Shown one piece after another: positions 56,416 through 64,000 of a stretch of DNA of 64,000 nt. Each line of letters opens with the position of its first letter. Positions within the stretch are counted from its first letter, which is position 1. This stretch comes from Eledone cirrhosa. Its lineage: Eukaryota. The position numbers and the translations under genes are program-made. The notes under the pieces were generated by a model that made no database searches, was not told the DNA's origin, and was given only the letters and a program-made list of their open reading frames with translations. The stretch lies in the NCBI GenBank assembly GCA_964016885.1, contig OZ024741.1:30628001-30692000 (forward strand), read 5' to 3'.

Positions 56416-56656
56416 ATATATATGTATATTTTCTCGCGAGTCAGTTCTTTCGTTGCTACGGTACCCGCGGCTGAATTACCGGTCGTTAACTACAATTTGC
56501 AAAGTCCTTTAAATTGTATGTTATTACTCTAAGGTTTTATATCTTATCGAGTGGTTGGCTGCACTTCTGAATGTATTCGTCGGCGTAGCAGCGGCTCGAG
56601 CTTCGACTATGCTGTACTTCTATTTGTATTATATATACATATATATATATATAAGT

Positions 56657-56700
<44 letters not shown>

Positions 56701-56706
56701 AAGTTG

Positions 56707-56741
<35 letters not shown>

Positions 56742-56742
56742 A

Positions 56743-56778
<36 letters not shown>

Positions 56779-57389
56779 GTATTACATTTAAGTGAGAAAA
56801 ATCTCTTTTTATGGGAGTACAAGCCAGATAGACAAAAAACAAACATTCTCTCTATACTAACTGTTAGATAGATTTTTAAAATCTCTCTACCATGGAGCTG
56901 TGGAATCTTGCATGTGAAATCTTGCATGCATAAATTTCACCTATTCTTATTAATAATAGCAGGTTACTTTCCAGAGACTATGTTGAAAAATAAACTTCAT
57001 TTAATCATTCCATACGTGTATCTCGGTCGGGCTATGAAGGAGTGATACTAGAGCATGAATTTCAACTATATTTTGAAAAGTTGAACTCATTTGGTCATAT
57101 TGATCTCATTTGGTCATATTCACCTCATTTGGTCATTCCATAAATATATCTTGGCCAGCCAATGAAAGTTTTAGTCTATGAAATTTTCAGCCGACCCTTG
57201 TATGTATAATACAACTAAGATGTGTATGACCAGACAATGAAGCTATCCTCAAATAATTTATTATAGTCCTAAACCTGAATTTCATTCAACAATATCAGAC
57301 ACTTTGCCAAAGCTTTGCATGAGGAACTATGACTTTCCTATACGCGTCATGTTATTTTCCATAATCAATCAATCAACCACTATATATAG

Positions 57390-57420
57390 ATATATATATG
57401 CCAACACACACAAACACACC

Positions 57421-57463
<43 letters not shown>

Positions 57464-57485
57464 ATAATAATAAATTTGAAGACTA

Positions 57486-57532
<47 letters not shown>

Positions 57533-57616
57533 TAAATATATATATATATATATATATAGATGCATACATATATATATATAGATACATATATTTATATATA
57601 TATATATATAAATACT

Positions 57617-57696
<80 letters not shown>

Positions 57697-57837
57697 GGTA
57701 TATATTTACATGTATATATATATATATATATACATGTATATATGAATTTATAAATAAATATATATATAGTGATGTTTGTTCGTGTGTGCATGTGCGTGTA
57801 TATATGTATGTATGTACGACTATGTATGTCTGTGTGC

Positions 57838-57876
<39 letters not shown>

Positions 57877-57943
57877 TATATATATATGTGTGTGTATGTG
57901 TGTGTGTGTGTGTGTGTCTGTGTGTATGTGTGTGTGTGTGTGT

Positions 57944-57989
<46 letters not shown>

Positions 57990-58000
57990 ATGTGTTTAAA
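57390..58000. repeat. (TA)n/(TG)n microsatellite block
   Basis: Directly visible. Confidence 0.95.
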
Positions 58001-58375
58001 CATGTCACTATATGAATCTATGTGAATCTATGTTTGATGTTTTGTGTATTCTAAATTACGTACGAGAAAATCGATAATATTCTCCATGATTTTCTCTTTC
58101 ACTTTGAATATAATAAAACTGATAGGAACATCAAAAGGTCTGCTCAATACATTTAATGATAATTACTCTCTAAACCAAGCATATAGTGTATAGAAAATGT
58201 AAAATAGTACTTGGACTAAAAAACTGTAGGAATATTAAAACAGAAACCTTAATCAGTGTGCTAGCAAACTTCGACGGTGTGTCTTGTAATGTCTAACTAT
58301 GATTATTGGTACAGATTAGTGAAAGATATGGATAATACCCCAATACTATTCTCTACAAAAACGAAGTTGCATGTC

Positions 58376-58427
<52 letters not shown>

Positions 58428-58496
58428 GAGTTATTCCGGGTTGAATCGGAGGTAACCACAGTAAGTAAGGTACTCAATACATAGCAGAGTATAACA

Positions 58497-58632
58497 GTTT
58501 TAATATAGATGAGATTCTACAGGACTAGAACAGTTTCATTCTTTAGAAATCATCAGGGATCCCTGATGATTCCTGATGATTTCTAAAGAATGAAACAGTT
58601 CTAGTCCTGTAGAATCTCATCTATATTAAAAC
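58497..58632. mobile_element. Short fold-back element with a hammerhead-like core in each arm
   Basis: Palindrome centred on tcatcagggatccctgatga; CTGATGA-tttctaaagaat-GAAA-cagttc. Solo relatives at about 6938-7000 (+) and 43666-43710 (-). Confidence 0.75.
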
Positions 58633-58636
58633 CTAA

Positions 58637-58881
<245 letters not shown>

Positions 58882-59109
58882 ATATATATATGTGAAAATA
58901 TTCAAGACCCGACATGATATGACTGTGACACTTGATGTCACTTGAACTCTCTGTCTCTTGGTATTTGTGCCTGGGCTGTTTCTTCGTGTATTTTACCATG
59001 TCTGGTAGCGCCAACAGCAGATATCGAAATTATTTCATAATCATTGCAAATGTACCGCAGAGTGTGTGGCGGTAGCACCATCTCATCAGTGGTTCAATTT
59101 CTCTCTATC

Positions 59110-60350
59110 TCGTCTGACTTCAGAGAGCCGGTGTTCGGAGATGGTAACGGAACTCTGTTCTTACCTCCAATTTCGGTGACTGAGGCTGAGTTCTGTGAAA
59201 AGCTGATAACAGCAGCTGAGATTCCTGAAACCCTGATCGTTTGTACGAGGACCAAATTCTCTGTTTTAGTTCCCTCGAGTTTTACGCATCTGGCAACAGA
59301 ACGGGAGTGTCCTTAGTTCTGTGAGTCGAGGTGTAGTAACCCTGATTTTGAAAGACGTGACCATAATATTGCTAAACATAGAAACTACCATCTTAGTCAA
59401 GGTGCTAGCAACGCCGTTGTTCCAGGGGCCTTCCAAGCCTGGGACTATGGATAATTTCCAGAAATCCCTCAGTTGGTGGTGGTGCCTGTTCGAGATAAAC
59501 TATACATGCATGGATGTGCAGTCAGACGGACCTATCTGATATGCGCGCAGAGTGATAAAACCGTCCTACACGCACTCTTTCTGTGTCCGGTCATTGCTGA
59601 ACACTCTTCCTGTGTCCGGTCATAGCTGAATTTTAAAGATTTGTCGAACAGATATTACCAGCTGTAAGACAGATTCTGCTATACACCGAATCCATCTTCC
59701 TTTTTTTTTTTTTTTGGCTGGGAAGCGCTGACAGCTTTCCTCTGTCAGGTGGCTGTGGCGGAAGAAACTGCGTGGTGGATGGGATTCAAATGACTGGAAA
59801 CAGACTATTTATACTTCGGTCAAACTGTCATCAACTTGTTCATGTTGCACTTGAAAGATGAGGTTAGGGTGGAAGGGGGTGAATGTAGCGAGACTGGCCC
59901 GAGTAAATGGCTCTATTCTGAACATGCACCCATAGGATGTAGAGTTTGGAGTAGTTTTAGATTGGTGAGTTTCTTTATTTACCACCAGGTTTCACTCTCT
60001 TCTATTTTTGGAATATTATTTTTAGCAATGGCGGTGGATTGGCAGTATCGGTAGAGAGTCTGACGCCATGCTTTCCAGCAAAGATTTACGGCCCTTTATG
60101 GTCTGAGTTCAAATCCCGCAGAGGTTAACTTTGCCTTTCATCCTTACGGGATCGATAAAATACACTGGGATAATTGCTGGCCTTGTGCCAAAAAGTCGAA
60201 ACAATTATTTTTAGCAATTTGCTGTCAATTGTTACCTGTTAATTTACGTTTTATTTGAATTAACACTGTACCTGTTTTTTTTTGTATTGTCGTCTTTGTT
60301 CCGGCCCTTGTCGCCAACAGAGTAATTATTATTATTATTATCATTATTAT
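59110..60350 (+). mobile_element. Heavily deleted, older Tx1/L1-clade LINE (copy 5) with a SINE inserted at about 60029-60208
   Basis: CEKLITAAEI, SRGVVTLI, PGTMDNFQKSL; tail ggcccttgtcgccaac..(att)n. Confidence 0.8.
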
Positions 60351-60351
60351 T

Positions 60352-61040
60352 AAAGTGCTTGATTGCCAGTATCGGTAGAGGGTCGGACGTTATGCAGCAT
60401 AGAGTTTGCAGCATATACTTTGCAGCATAGAGTTACGGCCCTTTAGGTTCTGAGTTCAAATGCCGACGATGTTAATTTTGCCTTTCATCCTTACGGGGTC
60501 GATAAAATAAAATACCAGTCACGCACTGGAGTCGATTTATTCGACATTCCCCTCCCCCTAAATTGCTGGCCTTGTGCCTATATAAGAAACAATTATTATT
60601 AAAGTGGTGGATTTCCAGTATCGGTAGAGGGTCGGATGCTATGCTTTAGAGCATAGAGTCACGACCCTTTACGTTCTGAGTTCAAATCCCGACGAGGTTA
60701 ACGTTGCCTTTCATCCGCACTGGGGTCGATTTAATCGACTTTCCCCTAACCTCAAAACTGCTGGCCTTGTGCCTATATGTGAAACCATTATCATTAAAAC
60801 TAATACTATTAGAAGGGCGGTGGATTGGTAGTATCAGTTGAGCGTCGGACAACAAGCATTGCAGCATAGAATTTATGGTCCTATTCGACCTGAGTTCACA
60901 TCCCGCCGAGGTTAGATTTCTCTCTCATCCGTACGAGGTTGATAAAATACAGCTCCAGGAATGCACTGGGGTCGATTGAATCAACTTTCCCCTCCCCTAA
61001 AATTGTTGGCATTGTGCCTAAATCAGAAAACATTAGTATT
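60352..61040 (+). mobile_element. Head-to-tail array of 3 SINE copies of a longer subfamily; more at about 61450-61626
   Basis: Same head and tail as the main family, plus an internal gtcgatttaatcgact..ccctc segment. Confidence 0.85.
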
Positions 61041-61129
61041 AAGGGCGGTAGGTTGGCAATAACGATAGAGCCTCGGACAAGATGTAGAATCAGTTGGTTA
61101 GAATTTGATAACGTGACGGTATTACTTTA

Positions 61130-61415
61130 GTTGTCAGAAGTTGGACCCCGACACGCACTTGATGGGTTTGATCCAAGTGCTGCATGAGTCGAATGAAAAT
61201 CAGTTCTGTGAAGACTGAGATACTCGTCCTCACATGGACGCCAGCTCATTGCATTCTATATGTGGATGGCGTTCCACTGAAGCAGGTGATGGAATTCACG
61301 TATACCGGGGATCCATTCGGATCGATTGGAGACGGTTGTTTCTGACAAGACGCGGTGGAAGGTGTGCTTGAAGAGTTTCACCCTACGACTATCACAAGAA
61401 GAAGAAGAAGAAGTA
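61130..61415 (+). mobile_element. Internally deleted RTE (Expander-like) LINE fragment
   Basis: HALDGF....RMKISSVKTEILVL......VDGVPLKQVMEFTY, joined to LETVVSDKTRWK and a (GAA)n tail. Confidence 0.6.
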
Positions 61416-62694
61416 GTAGGAAAAGAAGAAGTTGTACTCACCATCTTCCTACAGAAATTCTGGCCTTGTGCCTAAATCTGAAACACATTATTGTCAACAG
61501 GATGATCTGAGTTCAAATCCCACCGAGGTTAGCTTTGTCTTTTATCCTTACAGGTTCGATAAAATAAAGCACCAGTAATAGACTGGGTTAATCGCTGGCC
61601 TTGTGTCAAAAGTAGAAACAATTATTAAAACAGTTTCCAACAATATCATCAGCAACATCATTATCCTTGTTATCCTCATTCCACTCTTATTCATAAACAT
61701 AATCATCATCATGATCATCGTTGTATTTTAACTTTTCTGTATATTTTATGTTTAGATTTATTTAAATATGGAATTTAAAACGTTTAAGAGCTTAACTCAT
61801 ATTCAATTACTTGAAGGTTAATACAATACTTAATGTAACTTGCTTAAATATTTAAATATATTGTGCTATCAATTGATATGTTATCAACCGCTGTTAAATC
61901 ACCCTAGGGGAGAACATTTATACTCATACTACTCGAAGTATATATATATTTGTATGAGTCATAAATAATAGCTAAGATTATTTTACATAAATATTTTTCG
62001 TGCCTTCATATTCGTATAGTAGTACATTTATAGGCGTTACAGATTTACCACCAACAGAACTACTGAATACACTAATTGTTTAAGAAATATATATCATGTG
62101 ATCTAATCACTGTATTAGAATGAATGTAGAGTCGCATGAAGCCAGACAATTACGTATATCAATTAAACTGCTCTCTTAGTAGCATAACTATCCTCTAGAA
62201 TTTGATGAGAATAACGGAAAGCTTCCTTTATTGCAAACTAAACAACGAGATATTATAGAAATACTTAGGACCATTAACATAAAAAATATCAACAATTTAA
62301 ATCAGAATGAAGCTACACGTTCTCCTCACTCAATGACATATTTCTAAAAGCATATTTATCGTAACGAGCTAAATGAGCACTCACCTATAGAAAATACTAT
62401 GTATCTATGAGCTTGTGGAGATAAATAGGTTTTAAATGATCACACTTTATATAACTACTCTATGTTTACTTCTATTGCTTTAGAAATAGATTCATCTATA
62501 TTTCTGAATCGAGTGCTAAGTAATATTAAATATTGTTGTTGTTATGTATTAAAATTGATACGATATATATGATCTCAATTGAAATGTCTCTTGGAAGAAA
62601 TTATACATTCAAAACATCGAATAAACAAAATATACTCTATTAATGTATTCGTACCTCTTTCTTTAAAAGATAGCGATTATTTTAATTATATATA

Positions 62695-62747
<53 letters not shown>

Positions 62748-62995
62748 ATAATAATAAATTTGAAGACTAAAATCCAAAGAGGGCTCGATAAGGCCAGCGA
62801 ACGTTTCCACGAACCAAAATATCGTCTTACTGTCTTCCTCCGGTTGCAACGTTTTTTGAAATATCCAGTTCTGCGTTTACAGATTGACTTTGTTAGTTTC
62901 AGGAGATCCCGTTAAGGGTGAAAGCAGCGATTCCTTGCTTAAACTTTAATCTGTTATTTTAATAAATATATATATATATATATATATACATAAGT

Positions 62996-63113
62996 GAAGG
63001 CGTGTGGCTGAGTGGTTAAGGAATTGGATTCGCAAGCGTAAGGTTGTGAGTTCGATTCCTGGACCAGGTGATGCGTTATGTCCTTGAGCAAGACACTTTA
63101 TTTCACGTTGCTC
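62996..63113 (+). mobile_element. Second-family tRNA-derived SINE
   Basis: tggctgagtgg A box, gagttcgattcc B box, tccttgagcaagacactt. Confidence 0.75.
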
Positions 63114-64000
63114 CTTCTACCTGGAGTTGCGACCGATAGATTGTATTAGCAAGTGGAAAGACCAACGGAAACATTGTTCCCTCGGTCCGATTTGACGAAA
63201 GTCGATCGTTAAAAAAAAAAAATATATATATATACATAATTATATACATAATATATATATACACAGAGAGAGAGATAGAATGAGAGAGAGAGAGAGAGAG
63301 AGAGAATGAGAAGAAATTTGTAGTTTACTTGAAGCATTGAATGGTTTAAAGAATTCGAAGTTTGAAAGCTACGACTAAGCGGGTTGGACAGAAAATAATT
63401 AAGTCGTAAGAAAGAAGGGCTGGTTTTTTACCTTAATTTATTCATATGTCCTGATATTTCGAGATTGATATCTCTTCTTCCGAGGAAAATAAAGGAATTA
63501 TTCCAGTGTCAGATATTCTGAAAACTGGAAAATCTGTGCCGGCGCATTTTCCTGTATTTCTACTTATTGGATCTTTCTTTTATTTCTATTTTTAAATATC
63601 AACAAATATATATATATATTTCAAAATGCTCAAATATATTTCTGGGGTTAAAATTTCATAAAGATAATAAAGAGTTTATTATTTAGTGAATTATATAAAA
63701 TAAGAATATATTGGAAAGTAATATACATTCTATAAATGAGAGGGAAAGGAGGAAAAGAGCAAGGACTGTTACACGAGAAAAGAAAAAAGAAAGTGGGAAG
63801 AGGAGAGGGTGACATATTCTACACCTAAGAGAGCCCCGTGTTTCGCTGCGCTCCGTGGATAAAGTTGGCAGAGACATTTCCCCCCACAATGGCCATCGAT
63901 ACCATCCGCTACAGCCATCCCACCTCGCGGTGTTTCTTCCTCAGACAGGTTGCTGTAATTCCAATCTTACGAGGTCAAAGGATGCATCGACGGTGACCGC

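Noticed and set aside
57010-57202. Mariner-like end (tttcagccgacccttgta)
   Set aside because: One possible TIR only; no partner or convincing transposase was read.

Overview
AT-rich eukaryotic non-coding DNA, probably intronic or intergenic, with no convincing host gene. The repeat types and very dense (TA)n/(CA)n/(GA)n microsatellites suggest an invertebrate, probably an octopus (inference). The window is a mosaic of decayed mobile elements: two long Penelope-like elements (PLEs; RT + GIY-YIG, one Naiad-like) plus PLE fragments; five Tx1/L1-clade LINE copies ending in (ATT)n; about 20 copies of one tRNA-derived SINE; a second SINE family; RTE fragments; a DD37D/maT mariner remnant; and an internally deleted Helitron. 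Most ORFs in the supplied track are microsatellite artefacts. The most interesting signals are in RNA structure. (i) Several unrelated short fold-back elements at (TA)n tracts carry minimal hammerhead-ribozyme motifs, always pointing outward from the centre. (ii) A ~105-nt pseudoknotted motif with compensatory base changes occurs four times in non-coding repeats, two of them with PLE-like partial-tandem ends, and I cannot assign it to a known RNA family. (iii) A tRNA-like cassette is amplified in tandem and inverted form. (iv) The main SINE has a 3' tail resembling that of the Tx1 LINEs. (v) A 28S rRNA fragment is flanked by a 19-bp target-site duplication. All calls were made by eye and coordinates are approximate.
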